Source: an uncultured virus (IMG/VR IMGVR_UViG_3300005470_000001) (taxonomy: Duplodnaviria > Heunggongvirae > Uroviricota > Caudoviricetes). From it: a DNA stretch of 64,000 bases. Position numbers and translations under genes: made by a program. The notes below the pieces were generated by a model. The model was not told the DNA's origin, did not search any database, and was given only the letters and a program-made list of their open reading frames with translations. Location of the stretch: the IMG/VR virus record IMGVR_UViG_3300005470_000001; one strand, given 5' to 3'. Each line of letters begins with the position of its first letter. Position 1 is the first letter of the stretch. Below, piece after piece: positions 1 to 10,874 of the stretch.

Positions 1-92
1 TATATTAGAAGATTATTTATTATTTTATTTTATTACTACAATATTTTATATTATATTGTCATATTAATATTATATTAATTTAACAAAATAAC

Positions 93-815
93 ATGAAAGA
101 AGTAGAAAATATTAGAAGAAAAATATTATTAGAATTTAAACATATAAATTTCTTAAAAGATAATCATACATATAAAGTTAATGAAAAAGATTTAACCTGT
201 GTATCAAATTGTTTAGATAAATATAAAACTCCTTTTGATAGTGAAAATATAGCAACTAAATATGCTAAAAAAAATAAACTAAAAAAAGAAGATGTACTCA
301 AACAATGGGAAGATAAAAAAAATGCAGCTTGTGATTTAGGTACAAGAATACATGATTTTGCAGAAAGAAGATTTTATTCTAAAGATATAATACCAGAATT
401 AAGTCAAGAAATTGCAGTAATGAAATATTGGGATTCTTTAGATAAAGATGACAATATTATACCTGTATTATGTGAAACAAAAGTTTGTTCTGAAGTACTT
501 GGTTACGCAGGTACTTTTGATTTATTGCTTTACGACATAAAAAGAAAAGGTTTAAAAATTTGTGATTATAAAAGTAATGGTGATTTATATAAAAATTTTA
601 ACAACCAAAAGTTATTAAAACCTTTTGATTTTCTTTTAGATACAAATTTTAATAAATATCAATTACAATTATCTTATTATCAAATACCATTAGAAGATAT
701 AGAAATAAATGTTGTAGATAGAGAAATTATATGGTTAAAAGAAGATGAAACATATGAAGTACTTCCAACACTTGATTTTAGTCATCATATAAGATATTAT
801 CAAACCCTAAAATAA
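93..815 (+). CDS. PD-(D/E)XK family exonuclease
   Basis: Motifs GTRIH, YAGTFDLL, ICDYKS and YQLQLSYY are typical of phage RecB/Cas4-like nucleases. Confidence 0.8.
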   Translation: MKEVENIRRKILLEFKHINFLKDNHTYKVNEKDLTCVSNCLDKYKTPFDSENIATKYAKKNKLKKEDVLKQWEDKKNAACDLGTRIHDFAERRFYSKDIIPELSQEIAVMKYWDSLDKDDNIIPVLCETKVCSEVLGYAGTFDLLLYDIKRKGLKICDYKSNGDLYKNFNNQKLLKPFDFLLDTNFNKYQLQLSYYQIPLEDIEINVVDREIIWLKEDETYEVLPTLDFSHHIRYYQTLK

Positions 816-821
816 TTATAT

Positions 822-1109
822 ATGGACCAATTACTTAGTATATTTGATTTGTATTATATTTGTAGTACAGTATTAGTAACATATGTTGCTATAAAAACAA
901 TTGATGGTATTGATAAAAGTAAACCATTACCCCAAGCTGTTAAAGAAACAATTACTGTTGTTTGCAGTTTAATACTTGCTTTTATATTTTTACATTATAA
1001 TTGGTCAGAAGGCAAATCTTTAATTCCTTCATTTTTTGCTTCTATTATAGCATATAGCAAATTAATCAAACCTATTCTTAAGGTTTTAAATTTAGGATAT
1101 ATAAATTAA
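822..1109 (+). CDS. Small membrane protein, holin-like
   Basis: 95 aa with about three hydrophobic segments. Confidence 0.45.
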   Translation: MDQLLSIFDLYYICSTVLVTYVAIKTIDGIDKSKPLPQAVKETITVVCSLILAFIFLHYNWSEGKSLIPSFFASIIAYSKLIKPILKVLNLGYIN

Positions 1110-1110
1110 A

Positions 1111-1485
1111 ATGTGTGAAATAATAACTAAACTTCAAACTATTTTAAAGGATGATAATTTGCAAGATCAAAAAATGCTCTTATTAGCTCAATTGGTTGAT
1201 GATAGATTTACAATAGTAGAAAATCAACACAATGAAGTAGTTAATACTTTAAAAAAACTTAATGATAATATATTAAGTATAAAGAATGAATTAGAAACTG
1301 TAATTGAATATACAACTAATTGTCCTGTTTTTAAGAAAAAAGATCATTATGAAACACTTACATTTCTTATTACAAGACCTAAAATTCTAATAGCTACATT
1401 AGTAGGTACACTAATATTAGTGTTTTTTGGTTTACAAACTACTATAATAAATACCATGAATTTAATAAAAATATTAATTCCATGA
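1111..1485 (+). CDS. Coiled-coil protein with C-terminal transmembrane segment
   Basis: ORF in tight operon; hydrophobic ILIATLVGTLILVFFGL. Confidence 0.5.
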   Translation: MCEIITKLQTILKDDNLQDQKMLLLAQLVDDRFTIVENQHNEVVNTLKKLNDNILSIKNELETVIEYTTNCPVFKKKDHYETLTFLITRPKILIATLVGTLILVFFGLQTTIINTMNLIKILIP

Positions 1486-2108
1486 CTAATCGTGAAATTA
1501 TAGAACGAGTAAAGAGAATGTATTATGAAAAAAATACACCTCAAGCTAATAAAATTTTAAGTAATAGACAAATATTTAATAAATTAGTTAGTGCTCGAAA
1601 TAGAGTTATTGCTCAAGAAGCTGGTAGAAATAATTTACCTAGTGATTTTTCATATCAATCTTTACAAGTATCTTTAGTAGATAATATTGAAGGATTTGAT
1701 ACTTCTATATATGCACCAAATGTTAAAAAATCTTTACTTACAATACCAGAAATACTTAGTGATGGAACTAAACCCTTGATTAAACTTGTAGGTGATGTAG
1801 GTGGTAAAAATACTTTTTATAAAACAACTTGGGATCAAAAGAAAAATATTTTAGGTAATAAATATATTTATCGAAAAATATTTTATTATATATATAATGA
1901 TTATTTGTATATATTAAATAATAACAAACTTGATAGTGTTGTAATAACAGCTGTATTTGCTGATTTTACATTTGAAAATATTAATCTTCCAATTCTTGAT
2001 AGACGTTTTATTGCTGATGCAAGAATAATTGATAATATTGTTGCATTAACTATTGAAGAATTAGCTGGTAAAAAAATACCACAACCAGCACAAGAACAAC
2101 AAGCTTAA
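1482..2108 (+). CDS. Probable structural (head-tail/ring) protein
   Basis: Position upstream of HU-like and tail tubular genes as in crAss-like phages; YYIYNDYLYI..VVITAVF segment. Confidence 0.5.
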   Translation: MTNREIIERVKRMYYEKNTPQANKILSNRQIFNKLVSARNRVIAQEAGRNNLPSDFSYQSLQVSLVDNIEGFDTSIYAPNVKKSLLTIPEILSDGTKPLIKLVGDVGGKNTFYKTTWDQKKNILGNKYIYRKIFYYIYNDYLYILNNNKLDSVVITAVFADFTFENINLPILDRRFIADARIIDNIVALTIEELAGKKIPQPAQEQQA

Positions 2109-2111
2109 GTC

Positions 2112-2576
2112 GTGAAAGGAATTACTGACTCTTATAAATTATATCGTACTACAAGAAATGATGGTGTTGATATTAATACATATAGAAAAATAGCATGTTC
2201 ATTTATAGAATTTATAATATTAAAACTATCAGAGGGAAGAATTGTAAGATTACCAGAGGGATTAGGTGATTTATATTTTTCTGGTAAAAAAGTTAAACCT
2301 AAGATAGACGAATATGGAAATATTACAAAATTATCTATTGACTGGAAAGAAACTCTTAAAAATTGGAAAACAAATCCTCCAGACGAAAAAAATAAGAATT
2401 ATATTTATCACTTTAACGAACATACTTGTGGAATTAGATATAGATTCATTTGGAAAAAAAGATTTAGTGTAGTCAAAAATAAAAATTTTTATTTGTTTGT
2501 TCCAGCAAGAGCATTAAAAAGAAAGTTTGCACAAATTATATTTAATGAAGAAACTGAATTTATAGTAAGAACATAA
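2112..2576 (+). CDS. HU/IHF-like protein of crAss-like phages
   Basis: VRLPEGLGDL..KK, IDWKET and F.PARALKR motifs; synteny. Confidence 0.65.
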   Translation: MKGITDSYKLYRTTRNDGVDINTYRKIACSFIEFIILKLSEGRIVRLPEGLGDLYFSGKKVKPKIDEYGNITKLSIDWKETLKNWKTNPPDEKNKNYIYHFNEHTCGIRYRFIWKKRFSVVKNKNFYLFVPARALKRKFAQIIFNEETEFIVRT

Positions 2577-2577
2577 T

Positions 2578-3465
2578 ATGAATCTTAAATACGTATCAAT
2601 AGAAAACATCCTTACTAAAATCTATAGAGATTATGGTAAACAATTAGATGAAGGTGATGTTATTGAATGGGTTGGTGAAGCATTAGATGCTTTGATAGCC
2701 GGTACAGTAGCATTTGACAAACGAGTTGCTATAATATTAGTAAAAGAATATCAATGTCTTTTACCTCATAATTGTGAATCTATTTTACAGATAGCAAAAA
2801 ATAATGATTATGATTTAACTAGTATTTATAATTTATCGTCTTCAGATGAAGATGTTGAATTATATGATATTGATGGTAATCTTATTGTTCAACCAATAGA
2901 ACCCACTGTTACTCCTTATTTAGAAATCTCCTCATCATCTGGTTTTTGGAATCCAGTTACTATACAAGAAAATTTTAGTCCTGTTCGATTAAGTAATAAT
3001 ACTTTTTTTGACGAAATTACTCCTCCTGAAATTAGAGAAAATTCTTCTAAAAAAAATAATTTTGAATATACAATTATAGAAGAATCTCTTTTAAGATTTA
3101 ATTTTAAAGAGGGTCAAATCTATATTGCTTTTTACCAAAGAAAAATGAACGAAGTAGGTTTTCCTATGATACCTGATCATTATGTGTTTCAAAAAGCAAT
3201 TGAGAGTTATATTATTTGGAGATTAAGTACAAAAGATTTTTATAATCATGTTCTTGGTTCAGATTCAAGGCTTGTGAAATCAGAAGCAGATTGGATTAAA
3301 TTTAAAGAACAAGCTAGAGCTTTGTCTATTATTCCTCAAACTGTAGATGAAATGGAAAGATTAGTTAGAAATAATAATAATATTGTACAAACAAGTAGTA
3401 GATATGAAAACTTTTTTGACAATAATTATTATGGTTCTGGGAATAGAACTACTTATGTCAGATAA
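2578..3465 (+). CDS. Tail tubular/ring protein
   Basis: DVIEWVGEAL, LRFNFKEG and GFPMIPD..AIESYI motifs; lies directly before the stabilisation gene. Confidence 0.65.
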   Translation: MNLKYVSIENILTKIYRDYGKQLDEGDVIEWVGEALDALIAGTVAFDKRVAIILVKEYQCLLPHNCESILQIAKNNDYDLTSIYNLSSSDEDVELYDIDGNLIVQPIEPTVTPYLEISSSSGFWNPVTIQENFSPVRLSNNTFFDEITPPEIRENSSKKNNFEYTIIEESLLRFNFKEGQIYIAFYQRKMNEVGFPMIPDHYVFQKAIESYIIWRLSTKDFYNHVLGSDSRLVKSEADWIKFKEQARALSIIPQTVDEMERLVRNNNNIVQTSSRYENFFDNNYYGSGNRTTYVR

Positions 3466-3480
3466 CTAATAATATAATAT

Positions 3481-6400
3481 ATGCAAAACAAAGGCTTAAA
3501 TACAGATTTCTCACCATTACTTCAACCTGAAGGTACTTATACATATGCTTTAAATGCTGTAAATCAAACTAACACTGGTGATTTTGGTTTCTTATCTAAA
3601 GAAATGTCAAATGAATATATTGATACTTTACCAGAAGGATATATTGTTTTAGGTTCAGTTCATCTTAATAACAATGATGAACTGTTATTTTTAACATTTG
3701 ATGGTATTTCAGAAATAGGAATTTTAAATGAAAAAGAAATTTATACTCAGATTCTCAATACTAGAGTATTAAATTTTTCAGAAAAATATCCTATAAGATC
3801 AGTATTTAGATTAAGAAAAAATGAAGAAAGAGTTGTTTATTTTGTCGATGGATTAAATAAACCAAAATCTATTAATTTAGATAGATTAAGTAATTATTAT
3901 TCTACTGATTTTAGAGAATGGTTAGATTTAGGTAATTTAGAAGAAGATTATATTGGAGAAAAATGGTCAAGTTTAAAATTTAATCTTGTCAAAAGTTACA
4001 ATGTAATTCCTGATTTTAATGGTATTGAAATATTACCTTCTGGTAATGTAAAACCTGGAAGTTATTCTTTTGGTATTATATATGTAGATGAAGATACAAA
4101 TAGTACTAATGTAGTTACCACATCTAATTCTGTTAACATTTATAATGATCCTTTAAATAGAGAATTTTCTAATATTAGAGGTAGTAGAAATGTTACATCA
4201 GCAGTTATGTCTTATTCACCAACAGACAAAGCAATTAAAGTTTCTGTTGGTAATTTAGATACATCATATCCTTTTTATAGACTAGTAATCATTCAATCTA
4301 ATAATATGACAGGTATAGCTAATAAAGCATATCTGAGTGAAATTCTTTCTATAAATCAAAGTGATTATATTTATTATGGTAATGATGAATCATTAACATC
4401 TATACCATTAGAATCTGTAAGTATTGATAAACAAGATATTGAAACAGTAGAATTCATTGAACAACTTGAAAACAGATTAATTTTAGGTAAATATAAAACT
4501 AAAAATATTAATTTTGTTGAATTTCAAACTAGTGCTTCTAAAATCAGAAGTCATTTGACAACAAAAAAAGTTTATTTAAATACTATTAAAGGAACTGGTA
4601 ATCCTAAAAATCCACTTTCTACATTTGATTCTGTTGGTTATATGCCGGGAGAAGTATATTCTTTTGGTATTAATTATGTATTTAATGATGGTAGTATAAG
4701 CCCTACATATCATATTCCTGGTAGAAATAAAAAAGAATTACGTGAATCTGTTGATGGATTTAATGATAATATGGATTATTATGAAACTCCTTATTCTAAA
4801 TATCCAGAAATACACAGTTATATCAATCGCAATAATTATTGGGGTAAAGACAGTTATGGTAGTTATTTAACTGGTTCAGCAAAACGACATCATAAATTTC
4901 CAACAAGAAAAGATAGAGGAATTTCTCTTTATGAAAAAGAAGAGAGTTCTGTTAATATTTATAGTTATAAATTAGAGATAAAAATTACTTTAAAATCAGG
5001 TAAAACTTATCCTATAAACAAGATTACTAATGAACCTATTATTATAGGTTGTAATGTATCATATAAAAAAGCAAATTCTACTAGTTATAATGAATTTAGT
5101 ACTTTATTGACATCTAATGTTACTATAGAAACATTTATTGATCAAGTTTATAAAGGTGATGTTGAATTACAAATTTTAGATAGTGGTGTTCAAGGTATAA
5201 TTAGTGGTGAAATATTAACACATATTGATTTGTTTAATATTGAATTTATTTACACACCTATATTAGAAGAAACATTAAATCCTGCTTATTATACTAATAT
5301 TTATGGTATACGATTTGATAATATTGAAAAACCCCATCCTGATGTTGTTGGTTATTTTATAACTAGAAATGAAAGACTTGATAGTGATAAACTTATAATT
5401 GATAATGCTTTATTTGGTCCATTAACAAAATATGATACTGGTTCAACAGATTATCGTGTTTTCAATAAATGGATAAACAAAGCTACTCTTGATAATGAGT
5501 CAATTTATTTCTTTTCTCCAGAATTTCAATTTAAACATGATACTTTAAATTTTGATCATATTCAAATTGATGGTTATTATAATACTTCAATAACTACTTC
5601 AAGAAATGCTGGAGAACCTGCTGATACCGAAGGTGATTATGATATCAATGAATATGGAGTAGTTGTTTCAGATATTATGGAAGGTACTTCATATAATCCT
5701 GATGTACATGCTGATTCTGATGATGATGGTTTTAATTTACTTGTTGGTTATAGAAATTCAAATCTTACTTATGATAATAAAACTGCTGATATAAAATGGT
5801 CTTATGACGAAGATAATAATTCAGCCATTGAAAATATTATGTATATCGGTGCTGCTAATAGTAAGTTTTATAATGGAAAAACATTTTATAATGCGTGTCA
5901 AGATAATAAAATAGGTATTATTAAATTCAGTGAAGGAAATGAAATTGATACTGCGTTATTTAATGGTGGAACAAGATTATTTTATGGATCATTAATTTCA
6001 AATAATGAAAGTGCTTATACAAATTTTGTAGATAGAGATTATTATAAAGAGCATAATAATATTATTTATTTTGATTCTGATGATCTTGGTAATAGTGTAT
6101 CTGTATTTAATGGTGATGCTTATGTAAATGCCTGTTCACCAATTGCATCTACATATTTTGGTATGATAATGGCAGATAGAAAAAAGAAAGACAAAAAATC
6201 TTCTGGTATTCTTGGTGTAGCTCTTATTGTAGTTGGAGTTGTAGCTACAATATTTACTGCTGGTGCAGCAATTGGTGTATTTGCAGCTTTAAGTACAGCT
6301 GCTACTATTGGTATTACAGCTGTAGCAGCATTAGCTCTTTCAGCTGGAGCATCAATGTATGGGTCATATTTAGAATTAGAAGCTCTTAAAAAAATGATCA

Positions 6401-8544
6401 GTGAAGATTATCCTAATGGACTTGACCAAGGTATCAGAGATAGTGATATGACAGATGATGATAAATGTAATCTTGATGCTGGAACTAAAAATACTGATGA
6501 TTGTATTGCATGGTTTTCAGATAGATTAACAGATCTTGTCATAGAATCTTCTGTTAATATGGGTTTACGTTCTAGTTTAAATAGTATTGGTATTGACTTT
6601 GTTAATAGTTTTAGTAAATCTGGATATGATATCAATGAATATAGAGCATATCTTACAGAAAAACTTACTTTAGTTGATCCTGAAAGAGGCGATGGTAGAA
6701 TTTATCGTGGTTTTGCTAATACAGAATGGTATGATGTTAATCCTGATTATACTAAAATAAATAGAGAAAAGATATTTATTCATTTACCAATGACTTATGA
6801 TGGTAGAGGAACTGATGGTGATTATTCTGAAAAATATAATAATAGATTGCTTTATAGCCAACAATCTTTTCAAGAAGAACAAACAGATAATTATAGAGTT
6901 TTCTTAGTAAATAATTATAAAGATTTTGATGGAGAACATGGTGTTATAACTGGATTATTTAGATTAAAAAATTCTATTTATATACATACATCAGAAGGAT
7001 TGTGGTTTTTACCACAAAACATACAAGAAAAAGTTACCAGTGAATTAGTAACTTATATTGGTACAGGTGAATTTCTAGCTATTCCTCCTAAAAAAATAGA
7101 AGAGGGTATTACAAATTTTGGTAGTCAAACTGATTTTGCTACTATTTTTGTAAAAGGTGGAGTAATCTTTATTAATCAACGAGTTAATAAAATATATTAT
7201 TTTACAGGTACAGAAGCTGTTGAAATATCAGAAAAAGGTATGAGAAATTGGTTTTTAAATAATCTATCTTTAAATATTAAAAGTCAATTATATAATTTAT
7301 CAGAATATAGATGGAGAATTAATAATCCATCTATAGGATGTGGAGTATTATCTGGATATGATCCTAAATTAAATAGATTACTTGTAACTAAAAAAGATTA
7401 TGAATTTACTAATTTAGTTAATTATGTAGGTGAATTTAGTTATGATAAAACAGATTATATAACTGGAGATGTATATATCAATGATAATATATTTAACATT
7501 GTTGATAAAGCTGAATATAAATTAATTAAAGATTTATCTTTAGATAACTTTGTTGAAGACAAAGATGTTACTTTATCTAATGTTGATATAAATAAAATAT
7601 TAGTATCTGAAAAAAACATTGTTGGAAGATGGTTTAATAAAAATATTCTTACTTATAAAACAATAGATTATAGCAATCCTTATTATATAGAAACAAATAC
7701 TAATGAAATCAATTGGGATAATTTGTTAATCAATAGACCTAATGGTTTAAATTCTACATATATAAATGGATATTTTTCTACTACTTTTATACCAAAAGAA
7801 ACAAAAGATTATACTTTCTTTACAAAAAGTGATGATGGTTCAAGATTATATATAGATACAATTGTTGGTGGAGTTGTTGTACCAGATTTAGTAGTTGATA
7901 ATTGGTATGATCAAGCTGCTACTTTTAGAATAGGCACAAGAAATTTAATTGCAAATAAAGAATATACGATTAGAATAGAATTTTATCAAGGTACAGGTTC
8001 AGCATCTTTATTAGCTGGAATAACTTCTATATCTGATGAAGGTGCTATAATTGAAAAATATGATACTGGATATATCAAATATATTCCTCCAACAGATTTT
8101 GAAGGTATAGATTATTTTAAAGTTAAAACAGATAAAACTATTTATACAGAAGAAGAAGAAACAATTGCTATTATTGTAAAAGATGTAGATGGAAGTACAG
8201 AATCTTTTCCTTATGAATTAGATCCACCAATAACTTCGTATCCTGTTCCTTTATATAAAGAAATTATAAATTTTCCAATAACAGCATCTGGAGATTTATT
8301 AATACGAGATAGAATTACTGTTCCACATAAGTTTACAATTTTTTATACAGATAATCAAAAATTTGTATTTGATAAAACTACATATTGGGATGCTGATATT
8401 AATGAAGAAGATATTAGACATATAGTATATGAGGCTGGAGAAAATGTATTAAAAATAATCATTGAATGTGATTGGATAAATCCTTTAAATAATTCTGATT
8501 ATATAAAAGAAATTAATTATGAATTTGAATATTATTTAGCATGA
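3481..8544 (+). CDS. Tail stabilisation (muzzle) protein, N-terminal main part, with PA14 domain insertion
   Basis: Starts KGLNTD..QPEGTYTYALNA; GYMPGEVYSFGI and GYDPKLNRLLVTKKDY motifs; PA14-like YTFFTKSDDGSRLYID..IRIEFYQGTG. Confidence 0.75.
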   Translation: MQNKGLNTDFSPLLQPEGTYTYALNAVNQTNTGDFGFLSKEMSNEYIDTLPEGYIVLGSVHLNNNDELLFLTFDGISEIGILNEKEIYTQILNTRVLNFSEKYPIRSVFRLRKNEERVVYFVDGLNKPKSINLDRLSNYYSTDFREWLDLGNLEEDYIGEKWSSLKFNLVKSYNVIPDFNGIEILPSGNVKPGSYSFGIIYVDEDTNSTNVVTTSNSVNIYNDPLNREFSNIRGSRNVTSAVMSYSPTDKAIKVSVGNLDTSYPFYRLVIIQSNNMTGIANKAYLSEILSINQSDYIYYGNDESLTSIPLESVSIDKQDIETVEFIEQLENRLILGKYKTKNINFVEFQTSASKIRSHLTTKKVYLNTIKGTGNPKNPLSTFDSVGYMPGEVYSFGINYVFNDGSISPTYHIPGRNKKELRESVDGFNDNMDYYETPYSKYPEIHSYINRNNYWGKDSYGSYLTGSAKRHHKFPTRKDRGISLYEKEESSVNIYSYKLEIKITLKSGKTYPINKITNEPIIIGCNVSYKKANSTSYNEFSTLLTSNVTIETFIDQVYKGDVELQILDSGVQGIISGEILTHIDLFNIEFIYTPILEETLNPAYYTNIYGIRFDNIEKPHPDVVGYFITRNERLDSDKLIIDNALFGPLTKYDTGSTDYRVFNKWINKATLDNESIYFFSPEFQFKHDTLNFDHIQIDGYYNTSITTSRNAGEPADTEGDYDINEYGVVVSDIMEGTSYNPDVHADSDDDGFNLLVGYRNSNLTYDNKTADIKWSYDEDNNSAIENIMYIGAANSKFYNGKTFYNACQDNKIGIIKFSEGNEIDTALFNGGTRLFYGSLISNNESAYTNFVDRDYYKEHNNIIYFDSDDLGNSVSVFNGDAYVNACSPIASTYFGMIMADRKKKDKKSSGILGVALIVVGVVATIFTAGAAIGVFAALSTAATIGITAVAALALSAGASMYGSYLELEALKKMISEDYPNGLDQGIRDSDMTDDDKCNLDAGTKNTDDCIAWFSDRLTDLVIESSVNMGLRSSLNSIGIDFVNSFSKSGYDINEYRAYLTEKLTLVDPERGDGRIYRGFANTEWYDVNPDYTKINREKIFIHLPMTYDGRGTDGDYSEKYNNRLLYSQQSFQEEQTDNYRVFLVNNYKDFDGEHGVITGLFRLKNSIYIHTSEGLWFLPQNIQEKVTSELVTYIGTGEFLAIPPKKIEEGITNFGSQTDFATIFVKGGVIFINQRVNKIYYFTGTEAVEISEKGMRNWFLNNLSLNIKSQLYNLSEYRWRINNPSIGCGVLSGYDPKLNRLLVTKKDYEFTNLVNYVGEFSYDKTDYITGDVYINDNIFNIVDKAEYKLIKDLSLDNFVEDKDVTLSNVDINKILVSEKNIVGRWFNKNILTYKTIDYSNPYYIETNTNEINWDNLLINRPNGLNSTYINGYFSTTFIPKETKDYTFFTKSDDGSRLYIDTIVGGVVVPDLVVDNWYDQAATFRIGTRNLIANKEYTIRIEFYQGTGSASLLAGITSISDEGAIIEKYDTGYIKYIPPTDFEGIDYFKVKTDKTIYTEEEETIAIIVKDVDGSTESFPYELDPPITSYPVPLYKEIINFPITASGDLLIRDRITVPHKFTIFYTDNQKFVFDKTTYWDADINEEDIRHIVYEAGENVLKIIIECDWINPLNNSDYIKEINYEFEYYLA

Positions 8545-9443
8545 TTATAAATTATTATTTAGCAGATAAAAATACTACTGAATTATTAAAAGTATCAGGT
8601 GCATATAAATTTGATTCTTGGTCTAAACATTATAATCTTCAAGTAAGAATCGATTTAGATTTTGAACAAATATTTCCTGTTGGGGAAACTGAAGTCATTG
8701 GAAGATTTAGTTATGTACTTGATGGTATAACTTATTATACAGATGTTATTATTACAGATAGTATTAATACATCTAAATACATAATATTTGATATTTATAC
8801 AGGTGATGTTAAACCAACAAAATATAATAGTGAATATAGTTGGAGTATTGCAGCAAGTGATCCTATAAATTTTGATAATTATACAGAAGTATTTCATTAT
8901 AGTGTAATATTAAATACTAGTTTTGATCATGAAATTGGTATAGAAACTAATATAGATCATGATTTTAATATAGGAATACTTGGTAAATATTATAAAATTC
9001 AGTATACTGTAGAATCCAATTCTTTGTTTAATTTATATGTTATGTTGGGTTCTAACAAAGGAAATGTTGTTCAAACAAATGGTACATATGTTGAATATTT
9101 AAAGTTAACCGATCTTAAAAAGATTAGTTTTTTTGCGAGTGGTTTAGTTACTTTATCAAAATTTACTATAGAAGAATATATTGTTATTTCAGATCAATTA
9201 GATTTTACAGATAAAGAAGCTTTTATTAATAATTCGTGGACACTAAGTTATTCTTTAGATACAAATAATTGGGTTTCATTTCATTCTTATATGCCAGATT
9301 ATTATTTAAATACTAATAAAACAATGTATTCTATAATAAATGATGAATTAAGTGCTGAATATACAATTAGAGATGAAATAAACAACTACATAACAGGTAG
9401 TAATAATGAACTTATAACATATTATAAATATACTTATGGCTGA
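8541..9443 (+). CDS. Tail protein, probable second piece of the stabilisation protein
   Basis: NNSWTLSYSL..WVSFHSYMPDYY resembles the C-terminal part of crAss-like stabilisation proteins; ATGA overlap with the upstream gene. Confidence 0.55.
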   Translation: MIINYYLADKNTTELLKVSGAYKFDSWSKHYNLQVRIDLDFEQIFPVGETEVIGRFSYVLDGITYYTDVIITDSINTSKYIIFDIYTGDVKPTKYNSEYSWSIAASDPINFDNYTEVFHYSVILNTSFDHEIGIETNIDHDFNIGILGKYYKIQYTVESNSLFNLYVMLGSNKGNVVQTNGTYVEYLKLTDLKKISFFASGLVTLSKFTIEEYIVISDQLDFTDKEAFINNSWTLSYSLDTNNWVSFHSYMPDYYLNTNKTMYSIINDELSAEYTIRDEINNYITGSNNELITYYKYTYG

Positions 9444-10245
9444 GAAAAAATTATACGCGTCTCTTGAAGATTGGAATGAAATTAATTATGAAGAATTGAC
9501 TTCTGATTCTACAATGCTTGTTAATACAACAGGTGATGATCAAGGATTAATTGCAGCAATTAGAGCTGGTGAATTTAAAGGTGATAAAGGTGATAAAGGT
9601 GATCCAGGTAATGTAACTTTACCTGATGGTCTTGTGATTAGTTCCCAAGGATATACTTTTCTTGCACAAGAATCAACTCAAGAACAAAGAGAAGTTTTAA
9701 ATGTTACTGATGAATATCAAGATCCAAATAGTTTGTTTTTAACTAAAGGAGATATTGGTATTACATCTGAAGATGTTGTTGGTGGTGATGATAGAAGATT
9801 AGTACCTTTGGGTGGAATTATAATGTGGGCTGGACTTGTTAATGAAATTCCAACAGGTTGGTATCTCTGCAATGGTGCTAATGGAACACCTGATCTTCGT
9901 GATAGATTTATAGTTGGTGCTGGTAGTACATATTCAGTTGGTAGTACTGGTGGTGTTAATACTGTAACCCTTACCTCAGCACAATCAGGACTTCCTGCTC
10001 ATGATCATACTATATATGATCCTGGACATAGTCATTCTGGTGTTTTTGGATTTTATACTTCTAATGCTGTCGGTCCAGATAGTGGTGGTTGGAACTGGTG
10101 GAATAATCACCCTGCAAAAAGTACAGATGCAGCCACAACAGGAATTTCTATTTATAATAACACAGCACAGAATGCATCTACTGCGCATGAAAACAGACCT
10201 CCTTATTATGCACTTGCTTTTATTCAATTCAAAGGTTATGAATAA
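9436..10245 (+). CDS. Tail fibre protein with collagen-like stretch and tail-collar domain
   Basis: GDKGDKGDPG; PLGGIIMWAG..IPTGWYLCNG.NGTPDLRDRFIVGAG; HDH/HSH; HENRPPYYALAFI. Confidence 0.8.
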   Translation: MAEKKLYASLEDWNEINYEELTSDSTMLVNTTGDDQGLIAAIRAGEFKGDKGDKGDPGNVTLPDGLVISSQGYTFLAQESTQEQREVLNVTDEYQDPNSLFLTKGDIGITSEDVVGGDDRRLVPLGGIIMWAGLVNEIPTGWYLCNGANGTPDLRDRFIVGAGSTYSVGSTGGVNTVTLTSAQSGLPAHDHTIYDPGHSHSGVFGFYTSNAVGPDSGGWNWWNNHPAKSTDAATTGISIYNNTAQNASTAHENRPPYYALAFIQFKGYE

Positions 10246-10865
10246 TGCCAAAATTATATAAACATAATTTAGAAGGAGATTATTGTAGGTTTCAAGATGG
10301 TAGTGGAGAACTTGTTAATTATCCACATATTATTGAATTAGTTTTCAATGAAGAACCTACTGAAACTAAAATTCAAACTAATATAAAGTTAGATGTTGAA
10401 TCTAATAGATATGATCATAATGAAAAAGAATATTATGATAATCAATATAGTTTTTTTGATAAAATGATTGTTTATAATAAAAAACAATGTTCTGGACAAT
10501 TATCTTTAAATGTGATTAATAATTCTGAATCAAATGATGATTTCTTTGAACAACAAATTCAAGGTGTATCAAATGGTGTTAATATAACTAAGAAAGAAGG
10601 TAATTGGATAATTAATGGTTTTAGAAATTATGTAACTGTTAATAACAAACCTTTGTTTAGTAGAGAATGGAGTAAGATTCAAAATAATTTTCCTATTGAT
10701 AAAGTTGTAAATACAGAAGTACTTGATTCAGAAAAAGATTGGAATGAATTAGAAATGTTTAGAGATAAATATATTGTTGTTAGATTAATAGATACAAATG
10801 ATGATAATACTAAACAACTTACAACAAGAATTGCAAATACTAGAACAAAACCCTCTTTACGATAA
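10245..10865 (+). CDS. Tail protein, probable C-terminal piece of the stabilisation protein
   Basis: LYKHN..YPHIIE, FDKMIVYN..QCSG and FRDKYIVVRL motifs. Confidence 0.55.
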   Translation: MPKLYKHNLEGDYCRFQDGSGELVNYPHIIELVFNEEPTETKIQTNIKLDVESNRYDHNEKEYYDNQYSFFDKMIVYNKKQCSGQLSLNVINNSESNDDFFEQQIQGVSNGVNITKKEGNWIINGFRNYVTVNNKPLFSREWSKIQNNFPIDKVVNTEVLDSEKDWNELEMFRDKYIVVRLIDTNDDNTKQLTTRIANTRTKPSLR

Positions 10866-10874
10866 TATTTTATT

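Noticed and set aside
1..92. Extremely AT-rich leader as origin or promoter
   Set aside because: Truncated by the window edge; no specific motif distinguishable from background
93..815. Cas4-like nuclease as sign of a CRISPR system
   Set aside because: No repeat-spacer array or other cas genes are seen; standalone PD-(D/E)XK nucleases are common in phages
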